Shown in pieces: positions 47,398 to 58,459 of a stretch of 64,000 bases of DNA. The notes below the pieces were generated by a model. That model was not told the origin of the DNA and did not search any database. It saw nothing but the letters and a program-made list of their open reading frames with translations. The translations under genes were made by a program, and so were the position numbers. Every line of letters starts with the position of its first letter. The stretch's first letter is position 1. Source of the DNA: Podarcis liolepis (lineage: Eukaryota); the NCBI GenBank assembly GCA_965112155.1, contig OZ218105.1, one strand, 5' to 3'.

Positions 47398-47747
47398 CTA
47401 AAGTGAAGAGAGACTGATCATCACAAGTGTGGTGCTGGTGCTCTCAAGCAAACTAGCAATTATTTGGGGCGGGGGCGGGGGCGGGGAGGATGTTCGTTCA
47501 AAGCAGCTCCCCCCAACTTTGGCTGTCTTCAGTCCAAGTTCAGGCATCCCCGAGTAAGTATGCACGTGATCCCAGCCTCGGGATGCAACGGTGATACTAG
47601 CAAGACTTTGGAACCAGACCTGCTGCACCTGGATCTCAGCAACCAACAGCTCTTCCGCTTCCCAGGCAGAGCCAACAGAATCCTCTTGGCAGCTCTGGGT
47701 ATCCAACCTTTTGCTGTTCTCCTGGAATTACTTCCATCTCTGGAGAT
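47398..47747 (-). other. Candidate 5'UTR exon (exon 2 or alternative first exon)
   Basis: Acceptor TTGTTTCCTTGCAG| at 47748/47747 and donor TTAG|GTGAGA at 47398/47397. ETS motif CAGGAAGTG at ~47860. Confidence 0.4.
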
Positions 47748-47899
47748 CTGCAAGGAAACAAGCCACCCTCCCTCTACGCACACTCAGATAACCCACCCTC
47801 CTCTCTGCAGTACAAACCCCGTTTACACGAGCAACCTCCCCCCAAAACCTGCCCCCACTTCCTGCTTCTAACCCAAATATCTCCGAGAGACTGGAAGAA

Positions 47900-49200
47900 C
47901 CGACCAAACAATGCCCTTTTGGAGAGGGGGTGGGGAGGGCTCAGTCCAGGTGGCTGGCGCATGCACAAAGCAAGCGACCCCCCCCCCCCCACTTTCCCAA
48001 AGGACTCAGCTGCTGCTATTTCAACGGGCAGCAGCATTGCTTGCTGGCTTTGCTTATGGCCATTGCAACAAAACAAGGCACAGGCACTCCAGTCAGAGCA
48101 GCCGAGATGTGAGGGGGTTGGGGAGGGCAGACGAGACGGAGCTGTAGCTGCGCCAGACAACGAGCGCGACAGACAGCCAGCCACCCTTCTCCACACACCC
48201 CTCCGGGATTCTTCCGCCGCCACCGGTCCCGAGGCGCCCGGCTTCCCTCTCTCCGTTTCTCTCAGAAGCACCCTTACCTGCCGCGCCTCTCCTCAGAGAT
48301 ACCAAGCCCCGGGCCAGGCGACGCCAGCTCCCGCGGAAAGGGGAGACGAGGCGGCGAACCGCTGAGGGGGCGCGGGAGCAGCGCAGCCCGCTAAGCCGTC
48401 CCGCCGGCGCGCGCGGGGCTCCCTCCACGCGCTGAATGAAACTCTCCCACGACCGAGCTGCTGCTGCTGCCACAGCTAGAGCCGCTGGCTGCGGCGGCGG
48501 CGCCGAGCTCCGTCCTTCCCACTGCCTCGCCAACGCGGAGGGGGAGTCGAGGGAAAGAAGCTGCCTTGCTCCGAGGCTGCCTTTTCTCCATGGGCGGCCT
48601 CGCAGGGTCTAGCCAAAAAGCAGCCAGAAGCCCCGGTTCGAGCTCCGGCCTTGAGCTCTCGGGAGAGCGCGGCTGGGCCAAGGGGCTGGCATGCTCCTTT
48701 CCCCGCTGCCTCTCGGGGCCCCCTCGACTTCGGGATGGTTTGGTCCAGGCTGAAATGGGGAAGGGGGCGGGGCGGGGGATGCTGCTGCCCGCACACAATA
48801 GGCTTGAATCGGCCCCCTCCGTGTAACGGAGCAGACGCTGCCGAGAAAGCGGCGCTCTCGCCATCCCCTCCCTTTTCTTTCTTTTTAAAGGCAATGCTCT
48901 GGGTTTGGACCAAGACGTGTGAGGGGAGGAAGAGAGAGAAGGCAGCCAGCCAATGCAGGCGTCCAAATAAATGAATAGTAAGCCAGGGAAAGCCCCCCCC
49001 TTTCCCTTTAAACCAGTCATAATTTGGATTGCGAGAACTGTGACGATCTATTCTTCCGCATTCGGCTTTGTTGTTTTAGCAGCATGTGCGAAGCTGCGCA
49101 AAGTGATTTGCGCGCAAGCCCTCGCCCTCCCCTAAGAACTATCAGGCTAAAAGCCTCTGCGCTTTTCCTCCGAAGTAACATCGGTTCAGCTGAAGTTTAC
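47900..49200 (-). promoter_or_regulatory. CpG island / promoter of an unidentified minus-strand gene
   Basis: Sharp rise in GC and CpG content, GC boxes (GGGGCGGGGCGGGG ~48763-48778), CCAAT (~48950), NRF1-like motifs, and a minus-strand splice donor inside the island. Confidence 0.85.
48278..48550 (-). other. Probable non-coding first exon (start approximate)
   Basis: GCC/GCA-triplet-rich leader ending in the consensus donor GGCAG|GTAAGG at 48278/48277. Confidence 0.6.
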
Positions 49201-49614
49201 TCTCAGGTTAAAAAAAAAAAGAGTATAGGATTAAAGCTTGAGAAAGAGGGTGTGTTCTCACACTGGTTTTGTGTGGCCTGAACCAGTTCTTGGTTTGGCC
49301 TGGTGTTGCTTTAACCTCTCTCCCCCCCCCCCCCAGGCTATGATGCCAATTTGAAACTCATTGCAGTACTGTATACAGTCAGTTTAAAGCTGGCCCTAGG
49401 AAACGGAATTCTTCACACTCTCTATGGATGGTTGGTATCCGTGATTTGTAAATAATGAGCCAATGGCCAAGGCATATGTCATTGGGGTCAGATATACTTA
49501 CAGTGTACATAGACTGCAGTCTATGTCTACTTGGAAGCAGACACTATTGAATTTAATAGGACTTACTCCCTGGTAAATGGAAGTAGGATTGCAACCTAAG
49601 TCCCATTAAAATTA

Positions 49615-49841
49615 CAGTGGTACCTCGGGTTACAGACACTTCAGGTTACAGACTCTGCTAATTCAGAAACAGTACCTCGGGTTAAGAACTTTGCTTCAGG
49701 ATGAGAACAGAAATTGTGCTCTGGCGGCGCAGCGGCAGCGAGATGCCCCATTAGCTAAAGTGGTGCTTCAGGTTAAGAACAGTTTCAGGTTAAGAACAGA
49801 CCTCCAGAACGAATTGAAGTTCTTAACCCGAGGTACCACTG
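49615..49841 (+). mobile_element. Tc1/mariner MITE, family A
   Basis: Perfect TIRs CAGTGGTACCTCGGGTTA / TAACCCGAGGTACCACTG and TA TSD. Confidence 0.9.
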
Positions 49842-50809
49842 TATATACTGACTTGTTACTACCATGCTTCATTTGGGTTCTGCCCCCCTCCTTATAAAAA
49901 AAATGTATGAAAAGGCCCTGCCAATGCAATTCCAGTAAAAATGCAATCTCTTAGCCTGCTATTTCAGGATGGAAGACCATGGTTGAAGATGTCGTTTATG
50001 ACAGTCCTGTAGTGTAGTCAGTATTTCAAGTCATTGGTGGGGCTTTGGATGGAAGGGGATACAAAGCAGCCTATCAGGCTGCAGCAAAGGTCAATCTACC
50101 TAAATTGTCTTTGATTTTCCACTATGTTGTATAGAATATTAATGTGTTACATTATTCCCATCCTTTCTATGTATAGCACATAGTTCTCTCTCTATATATG
50201 TATATTTTTAAAATGTGAATTGCTGGGAGACCCTTTGGGTGACAAGTGACAATTAGGTTTGATAATAAAGATATAGTTCCTCGGAAGTCTTCGCAGCCGA
50301 AATGAAAACCTTAGCTGCATGCAGCAGTCTTAAGGAATATGTTTAAAGCTTATAGTGATTAAAATATAGCAAGGGCAGCTTGCACCAAACGAAGCGGAAG
50401 TGCAGGAAAGTATAACCTGTGCCTGCTGCTAAAGGCCAAACCACCTCAGAACAACTCCCTCATGCAAGTTATCCTGTAGGAAGCCAAACCATCTTCCCAT
50501 AAAGGGAAGCCATGACCACCCCACCCTATGCTGTTCAGCGTTCCACAGGTGGCACCTGTAGATATGTTTGTAGTGAAGGAGCTCTGTATGGAGTAGGGAC
50601 ACTCTGTTTATTTTCTAGTCTGCTTCTATGGCTCTCTAGACTTTTCCCAGAATGGAAGTATGCTGGGGACTAGAATGACGAAGTTCCCACTGCAGTGGTT
50701 AGAATGCAGAAGTGTCTTAATAGCACATATTTAAGCATATGAGTGTTCTAATTCAACTTACACTTTTGAGAACATCATGTTTCATTCTGAAATAAATAAA
50801 TAAATAAAT

Positions 50810-50860
50810 TGTCCAGTAGCACCTTAGAGACCAACTAAGTTTGTTCTGGGTATATAGCTT
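50810..50860 (-). mobile_element. Penelope 3'-end remnant
   Basis: TCCAGTAGCACCTTAGAGACCAACTAAGTT nearly matches 40286-40315. Confidence 0.7.
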
Positions 50861-51867
50861 ATTCATCTACTTACCTGAATCATGTTTCATTGTGTATGTT
50901 GCACCACAGAATTTTTTTTTTGGGGGGGGGGTTCAAATCCCTTTCACCCATGGACTTTCTAGTTGCCTAGACTGGACTTTCCCAACCTTGGGTCCCCTCT
51001 CCAGATGTTGTTGGACTATAACTCCCATCATCCCTAGCCTGCAGAACCAGTAGGGGAGGGGGAAAGCTGGTCTAGATAAGTCACTGGCTAAGCCTCATTT
51101 TCCTGTCCATAAAATGAGACTGTTAATTATCTAATTAGGGGTGTTGTGGGTATAAAGCATTAGGTTGGGAGTCTTATAGAAGTGATAATCGCTTTCTTTA
51201 TGTGTATTTATTTGTATTTCGTCTACAGCATACTGCACAGATGTCTCGCAAAGCTGCTGTTAATATGACTGATTTTGAAGAACATGGCAAAGCTTTATTG
51301 CTAATCCTCCTAACTCTATGATAAATCTTCACTGTTTTGTTCAAATACACACAATGACACAATGTGGCTGTGCTTCTTGCCACATCTTATCATGTTTCAT
51401 TTTGCAAATCTCAGGACCTCTAGATTAGGATAAACACTATAAAATTTAAATGCTGTGGCTTAGCCTTACTATATATATATAAACTTTTACTCCATTTTAA
51501 ATGTATGATTTATCTTGCAGGATTTAGTTGCAGGATTTCTGTATTATAATAGATTTACAAGCTTTGGGAACCAAACAGTTTTGGAATCTATAGGTGGATT
51601 CAAGAGCCAACGATGAATCCATAACCTGCTTTGGTACCAAAACCATGCTTCCAGCAGAAAAAACAAATCTAGTGAATTGCTTCCAGATTTGGGTGGTGGG
51701 ATTGGGTACCACTCCTCCATGTGTCCCTTTGAGATGAATGAGGGGCTGACTATGGAAGATAGTTTAATGGCATGCTTGTTGTTGTGTGTTGATTTTATTG
51801 CTCTTTCCATTTCTGGTCCTAACTTGGCTTCTCCCAAGTTGTGTATGTTGACACAGGTAGGACAGCT

Positions 51868-52365
51868 TGCTGTCGTTTAGTCATGTCCGACTCTTTGTGA
51901 CCCCATAGACCAGAGCACGCCAGGCACTCCTGTCTTCCACCGGCTAGGGATTCATCCAGCCCAGCCTTTCGCATGATGAATTCTGCATATAAGTTAAATA
52001 AGCAGGGAGACAATATACAGCCTTGTCGTACTCCTTTCCCAATTTTGAACCAATCAGTTGTTCCATATCCAGTTCTAACTGTAGCTTCTTGTCCCACATA
52101 GAGATTTCTCAGGAGACGGATGAGGTGATCAGGCACTCCCATTTCTTTAAGAACTTGCCATAGTTTGCTGTGGTCAACACAGTCAAAGGCTTTTGCATAG
52201 TCAATGAAGCAGAAGTAGATGCAATTTGGTCTCTGGTTCCTCTGCCTCTTCTAAATCCAGCTTGCACCTCTGGGAGTTCTCGGTCCACATACTGCTTGAG
52301 CCTGCCTTGTAGAATTTTAAGCATGACCTTGCTAGTGTGTGAAATGAGTGCAATTGTGCAATTGC
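51868..52365 (-). mobile_element. Bov-B (RTE) LINE fragment with internal deletions
   Basis: MLKILQGRLKQYVDRELPEVQAGFRRGRGTRDQIA and GTTDWFKIGKGVRQGCILSPCLFNLYAE; Bov-B 3' tail GGGTCACAAAGAGTCGGACATGAC; TSD AGGACAGCT (51859-51867 / 52366-52374). Confidence 0.9.
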
Positions 52366-52557
52366 AGGACAGCTAGAACAGGTCAAAAGCACAGTGCCCT
52401 ACTGCTGGCCAGCAGAGGCTCACCCAACTGGGTTGTGACTTGGATGACAAAGTGAGAGGAGCTGGAGGAAAAGGGATTGACCCAAGGCCCCTATCCCAAG
52501 AACAGATCCAAAAGGATAGAGACTCATGAAAATTGAGGTTATCCTCTATACAGCACA

Positions 52558-52829
52558 GGGCATGTATTAGCTAGGTCTCTGTCTCTTTCCAGAAGAAAAC
52601 ACTAAATAGGTACTGTCTACCTGTGAAAGTATAATGGGGAGTTTAGATATTTAGGAAATTATTGTGTAAGGAATCTCCTGCACATTACTTCCTGCTGAGC
52701 CATGAAACTCCAAGTCTGCCCATTTTAGAAAATGCAAACTCCACATTATACACTTTTACAGGGGGACAGTACCTATTGAGTTAGTGTTTTCTTCTGGAAG
52801 GAGACGGAGAAGGGGGACTTGGACATGTC
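52558..52829. mobile_element. Palindromic MITE with ~100-bp arms
   Basis: TTCCAGAAGAAAACACTAA-ATAGGTACTGTC...TATAATG is inverted as CATTATA...GACAGTACCTAT-TTAGTGTTTTCTTCTGGAA. Confidence 0.75.
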
Positions 52830-55800
52830 TTGTTCTTGTTACTACATTCCCTCAGAGGTAAAAACTGTCCATTTCTGCACTGTAGTGCAAATGGGATCCA
52901 TTCACAAGAAAGTTGGCTATAAGTAGTTATGCTTTTAGCCATCATAACCTTTATATCCAAACATCAGTTCCCTTGGTATATTCTAGCAACACATTTGCCA
53001 TCTGGTAATCTTGATAGTTCACTGGTTTTCATATTTCAAACTATTTCATAGCACAGGCTGAAGAAAAGCCTTCATTGTAGAACCCCTAACTTCACGCACT
53101 ACTTGAAATGTAAGCTGCTAATAAGCCAATGATATAATCTTGGTGGCAATTCACTGTACTTCTGAGATCACTTTTTAAAATCTGCAAAACAGAAATCTCT
53201 TTAATTTATAATATATTCATCAGTGAAAGCTCCTGATTAGATGAGTATATTTTAGCAGCATGAATTTTAATATTTGTATTTTCCCTTTGTTATTAAGTCT
53301 CACTTGATGGAACAGAATTTGCTCATTTTAGTGTAATGAAACTACCTAAAACTAGTAAGCTTTTGTCAACTTCAAATAAGAGAAGACTTAACAATCAAAG
53401 GATGTTTAGATCTGACATCTCTTCTGTAGAGGAATGTCTCCTGTTGTAACCACAGGAAAATTGGGAAGCAGGCTCACTCCATCAGCTCTGGTGAAAGGCC
53501 AGCTCCATCCCTCAACTTTTCCCACTCTTGCTATTATAAGAGCTTTTACCTTTAATAATTGGTGCCTCCATTTGTTTGCTCTCCTCTTCACTCACTATAT
53601 TTTCTTCCTTTTGTTTTGTACCTGCCCGCAGGCAGAGACTGTTTTTGTTTCTATGGAGTTTATATGTAAGCTCCTCCAAGAGTCTCTTTGGCTTAACAGT
53701 GCAGGTAAAAATGCTCTGAATGAATAAATAATGCATTCTAAAGAAAATGGGTAAGATTAGCTTGTCTTAATGCAAGGCTTGAATATTTTTTTAAAGAATA
53801 TTGCTCTCTCATTTTTTTAAAAAAGAATTCCTTCCGCATCACACTGACATATCCTTGCCTGGAAGAGCCTATAGCAAACCTTTCAGCAAAGCATCAGCGT
53901 GCATGGGATTTTGGCTTTTGTCATTATTAAAAGCTGCTGACCTCATAGGACACCTTTGCAAGACAGCCATAGAAATGAAGACTTGGAATCACTGCCATAA
54001 GTTGAGTAAGCAATTGTCTGAAAAGCTCCTCAAACAAAAGGAACAAGCACATGTACATCAGAGTGGAAAGAAGAAATCCAGGTGTATTTGAGGATGCTAT
54101 TCCATGTGTTTTGCAATGACCTGATTGAAGGGGATGATACAGAGTTTTAAGGTTATCATTACAGTAGCAAGTCCTGCCTCTAAGAAGCCCTTTGTTTCTT
54201 ATTCAGGCACAGGCAGAGATTTGTTACTGTTGGGAGCTACATTGAAACATAGGTTGTATTATGAGTCCCAATGATACATCTTGGAGGACCTGATCAAGAT
54301 GAGGGATGGGAGGAGTTGGAGGAGTTGCTGCTCAACAATCTCAGGGAGGATCCCAGTGATGTGTTACCCCATCCTCCTGTCACTCAGGCACTCCATGCCA
54401 GCATCACTGCTAGTTCCAAAATATAAATGTTATTGTTATAAATAATAATATAACAGCAAGCCAGGGGGCATGTCAACTGTTGGATCAACAGAACAGCCTG
54501 TGTAGCCATGCCTTGAACCTGCTGCACCTTTGAACTTTGCCTTGCTTATGTACCACCATACTGACTGGTGGTACATAACATTTTTGGCAGAAAATATAAT
54601 CGTCCTTTGTCCAGCATGAGCCAGGACAGGTTGTGAGCCTCTTCTGGATCCCCAGTGCAGCCCTTTGCTGTTAGATAGTTCAGAAATGAACCTATAATGG
54701 ACCGTGCTGACAGTAGGTCATTTGATTTATGTATTTTCTGGTGCAAAGATGCTAAATAATGGCAAGTTCAACTAGCACTGATACCGTGAAGGCACTTAAA
54801 GCAATGTTTATGAGCTTGATACAGGAAAACACTAGGACACATGTTTCATTTTGGGCATAAAGTCTGCTTCACTAAAACACGAACAAGGTGGAATTACACA
54901 TTTACCTGGAAATAAGACCCAATGAACACAGTGGGGGTTATTTTTGCATAGACATCATGCTGCACAGCATAGATATAAATATCATCTAGCTTTCTAATTT
55001 GTGGGAAATGCTTAGTACATTTGGAACATTAAAAGAAAATTAAAACATGTTGAATTTTTCATGATGCCAAAGGTAATAGCCTTTTGTTTCCACAAAAGCT
55101 CTCAGGCAATCAAGATTGTTATTACCAATAAACTTTCCCTAGTGAATGTGTCCTTATTTGCAGAACAATATATATATAATTCTTAACTGGTGCTATTTTC
55201 AACTGATCTTTTTCAAAAAAATTATTTTATGCCATCATCTTACACTTCTCCTAGTAAATAAATAATGGACAAACCTTTCATTCACAAAAGGTGTGCATAT
55301 TCTTTTTAAGCAATGCATAACCCATTCAATTGTTTGTTTCCTTGAATGCAAGACCCACTGACTTAACTGAGATGTATTTGAGTAAGGATACATAATATTG
55401 AAACAAGTACTTCCAAGTATACATACATTGTCATATAATTCAGGAACTCATCAACCATTTAACTGCATGGATACACCAGCTGGAAATTATTAAGGTAAAA
55501 AAAAATCAAATCAACCTGACCTCTCTTCATTTACCATTTTGTAAGCATTTTGTAATGTTTTACCCCAGAACCACCACCACTCGACCAAAACGGAAATGTA
55601 TATGAATGCGGCAAATATTTATGCATTCAGTATTTTAAAATAGTAGATGAAGGATTCTGTTTCCTTACAGTTCATAATGTACTTATTTCTACTGTGGGGT
55701 TCATGGCTTAATTCAAAGCTAAAGAGAGATTGTATTGATTAGTGTTAAAGTGAGCATATAAAGAGCCACTGTCTGTGCAAATTCTAAATCACACAGTTTT

Positions 55801-56221
55801 GATAGGGTCTCATGTGGGCTTCCTTTGTGCTGCAGCAAAAGAAGCAAACCCTGGTAAAGGGGAGACTGCATTGCTTAATTTAAGCATGGTCTCTTTCCTG
55901 GGAGGACTTGTGACTAGGTTTACATGCTAACTCTGAGTAATCCCCCAAATAATGTGGTGTGGTCATAAGGTCAGCAGGGTTTGGATGAGATTGTTAAATT
56001 CATCCTCTCTACTGAGCTGTAATGCACATACCAAACCCCAAACACAAATGCACATACTCCTCAACCCTGAAGTAAATGAAGAAACTCTTGTTTGCACAAA
56101 GTTCTGTGTGCGCATTAGTGCCTCTGCAAATGCCCCTTGAGCAATGGCTATGGGAAACTGACTGCTTGATTGTGATTATGGTTTAATGACACAGTTAAGC
56201 ATGTGGATGGGTTAATCAGTA

Positions 56222-56372
56222 TATAAGAAGAACCCTGCTGAATCGGACCAAAAGGTTATTTCCTTGACTATTCTAGTTCCCTCAGTGGCTATACAGATGC
56301 TCTGGGAAGTCTATGTGCAGTGCATGTGGGCAATAGCCTTCTCTAGCTGTTGCCCCACAAGGCTGATACATG
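56222..56372 (-). mobile_element. Old CR1-type 3' end fragment
   Basis: ATAAGAAGAACCCTGCTGAATCGGACCAAA resembles the reverse complement of reptile CR1 3' termini. Confidence 0.5.
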
Positions 56373-56896
56373 CAGATGCTGGACCTTCCTGAACAGCACC
56401 TCCTAAGCAGCATTGTGAGAATGTGTCAGTTGCGCATTTGCAATAAGAAGCCAAGTTAGAACTCTATGAAATGTCCTTTAAAAAGCAAAACACTCATTCA
56501 CAGATGCCACTCATTGTTCCTGGCCCATTTATGATTTGCATCAAGAAAGCTTTGCCCCATCTTGACAGGTTCTGTGGGAAAGCGCTGAAACACACAACTG
56601 TCAGTCACATTTATAGTCCACAACACTTCACAGTGTGTCCCCCCAAAGTATTTCATTCCATACAATGAAAAAGCTGAAAAGTAGAAGAAAATCAATATAT
56701 TTTTCATAATGAAAAAATTAAGCTAGATTAGGACACAATTAAAACCAGTAACGACTCTGGAAAAGCTGCTTGTGCATCTTTATAGCTTGGAACATAAATT
56801 TGCAACAGATCAGTATTTACAATAGTTTTGTAAAGTTCTGTTTCTATGGCCAGGATGGCCATATACCACTTTCTGGGAACCACTTAGAACCATACA

Positions 56897-57037
56897 GTCA
56901 TAGAATGGTAGAGCTAGAAGGGGTCCCGGCGGTCATCTAGTCCAACCCCCTGCCATGCAGGAATCTTTTGCCCAACATGGGGCTCGAACCCATGACCCTA
57001 AGTTTAAGAGTCTCGTGCTTTGCCGACTGAGCTAGCC
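56897..57037 (-). mobile_element. SINE with tRNA-Lys(CTT)-like head and CR1-type tail
   Basis: Minus-strand GGCTAGCTCAGTCGGCAAAGCACGAGACTCTTAAACTTAGGGTCATGGGTTCGAGCCCCATGTTGGGC followed by a CR1-like tail. Confidence 0.8.
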
Positions 57038-57090
57038 TCAGTGGGTACATCAGCCGGGCTATTCTGTCTCTCTAAAAATCACACAAGAGT

Positions 57091-57286
57091 AACACATAGG
57101 CCCCTGCCCTATACTGAGGAAGACCATTTGCTCACTATTGCCATGCACTGACTGGAAGTAGGTCTCCAGGATTTCAGACAGAAACAATTCCAAGCCTTAC
57201 CTGGAGATGCTGGAGACTGAGCCAATAACCTTCTGCATGCAAAGTACTGTAGAAGTTATTTTTCTGCTGAGCTACAGCCCTTCCCC
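57091..57286 (-). mobile_element. tRNA-Ala-like SINE with CR1-type tail
   Basis: Minus-strand GGGGAAGGGCTGTAGCTCAG...TTTGCATGCAGAAGG...CATCTCCAGGTAAGGC. Confidence 0.65.
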
Positions 57287-57355
57287 AAATGCATGCAATT
57301 TGCATATGGAATGCCATTAAAACCAGCTTCCAAAGCAGATGTGGGGAGAACATTT

Positions 57356-57505
57356 AAGTGAATTAGTATAAATGCTTTCCTATATTCTGGAAGACATAGC
57401 CTCAACAGGAATTCCATTATTTTTATTATAAACTTTGAAGTGAATTAGTGTAAATGCTTTCCACTATTTGGGGAGAAATAATGATCTCAACAGGAAATTC
57501 ATTAT
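57356..57505. repeat. Diverged ~82-bp tandem duplication
   Basis: AAGTGAATTAGT(A/G)TAAATGCTTTCC...CTCAACAGGAA...CATTAT occurs twice. Confidence 0.8.
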
Positions 57506-57786
57506 GTGTATTGCTAAATCATTAACTGGCTACTTAAAAGTAACATTTTGCAGTGTGTGTGTTTATAGAATGGATTGAAATTATTGGCTTAATTACTGAA
57601 AGAAGGTAAATCACTGAAAGAATTTTTTTATTCCATTTGCAAGAAAGTATTGATCTACCTTGTGACAGGTGAAGGCAGCCCTGAAATTGGGCTCTGTGTA
57701 AGATCTAAACCAGCATAACCTGGATGAAGCCAGTTGAAGTCTTGGACAAAGAAGTTCCTATCTGTTCATAAGATAGGTATGGACTG

Positions 57787-58001
57787 CAGAGAGTCAGTAC
57801 CGTGTAGTGCCTGCAGTGTTACACTAAGCCTGGGAGATCAGAGTTGAAATCCCAGTGTAGCCCTGAAACTCACTGGATGCCATGAAACCCACCCAGAGAT
57901 AGTCACAGTTTCTCTCAGCCTAACCTACAGGATTGTTGTGAATAATTGGAGGGAGTGTCCTTGTATAGCAGCTTGAGCTCCTTGGCAGAAAGGTGGGATA
58001 T
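57787..58001 (+). mobile_element. Old Squam3/MIR-like SINE
   Basis: GAGAGTCAG head, TCTCTCAGCCTAACCTAC core, TTGAGCTCCTTGGCAGAAAGGTGGGATATA tail. Confidence 0.6.
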
Positions 58002-58020
58002 ACTGAGGTCCTCCACACTT

Positions 58021-58278
58021 GAGAGCCAGTGTGGTATAGTGGTTAAGAGCGGTAGTCACGTAATCTGGGGAACCAGGTTCGTGTCTCCGCTCCTCCACAT
58101 GCAGCTGCTGGGTGACCTTGGGCCAGTCACACTTCTTTAAAGTCTCTCAGCCCCACTCACCTCACAGAGTTTGTTGTGGGGGAGGAAGGGAAAGGAGAAT
58201 GTTAGCCGCTTTGAGACTCCTTAAAGGGAGTGAAAGGCGGGATATCAAATCCAAACTCTTCTCCTTCTCCTTCTCCTC
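58021..58278 (+). mobile_element. Squam3-like tRNA-derived SINE
   Basis: GAGAGCCAGTGTGGTATAGTGGTTAAGAGC head, CORE-like GGGTGACCTTGGGCCAGTCAC, CTT-rich tail. Second copy at 62233-62477. Confidence 0.85.
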
Positions 58279-58459
58279 CTCTGAAGGTCTTCTGCTGGTT
58301 CACTCACTGAAAGAAGCGAAGTTACAGGGAACCAGGCAGAGGGCCTTCTCAGTAGTGGCGCCCTCCCTGTGGAACATACTCCCTTCAGTTGTCAAGGAGA
58401 TAAAGAATTACACAACTTTTAGAAGACATCTGAAGGTAGCCTTGTATCAGGAGGTTTTC
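58279..58459 (+). mobile_element. L2 3' fragment
   Basis: GGAACCAGGCAGAGGGCCTTCTCAGTAGTGGCGCC matches the L2 at ~33790-33925. Confidence 0.8.

Noticed and set aside
47774-49020. Many overlapping 100-200 aa ORFs on both strands
   Set aside because: Expected from stop-codon scarcity in a CpG island. The translations are Ala/Arg/Pro/Gly-rich with no recognisable domain.
56960-57037. Possible tRNA-Lys gene
   Set aside because: The acceptor stem and D/anticodon arms are mismatched and it is fused to a CR1-type tail, so it is a SINE head.
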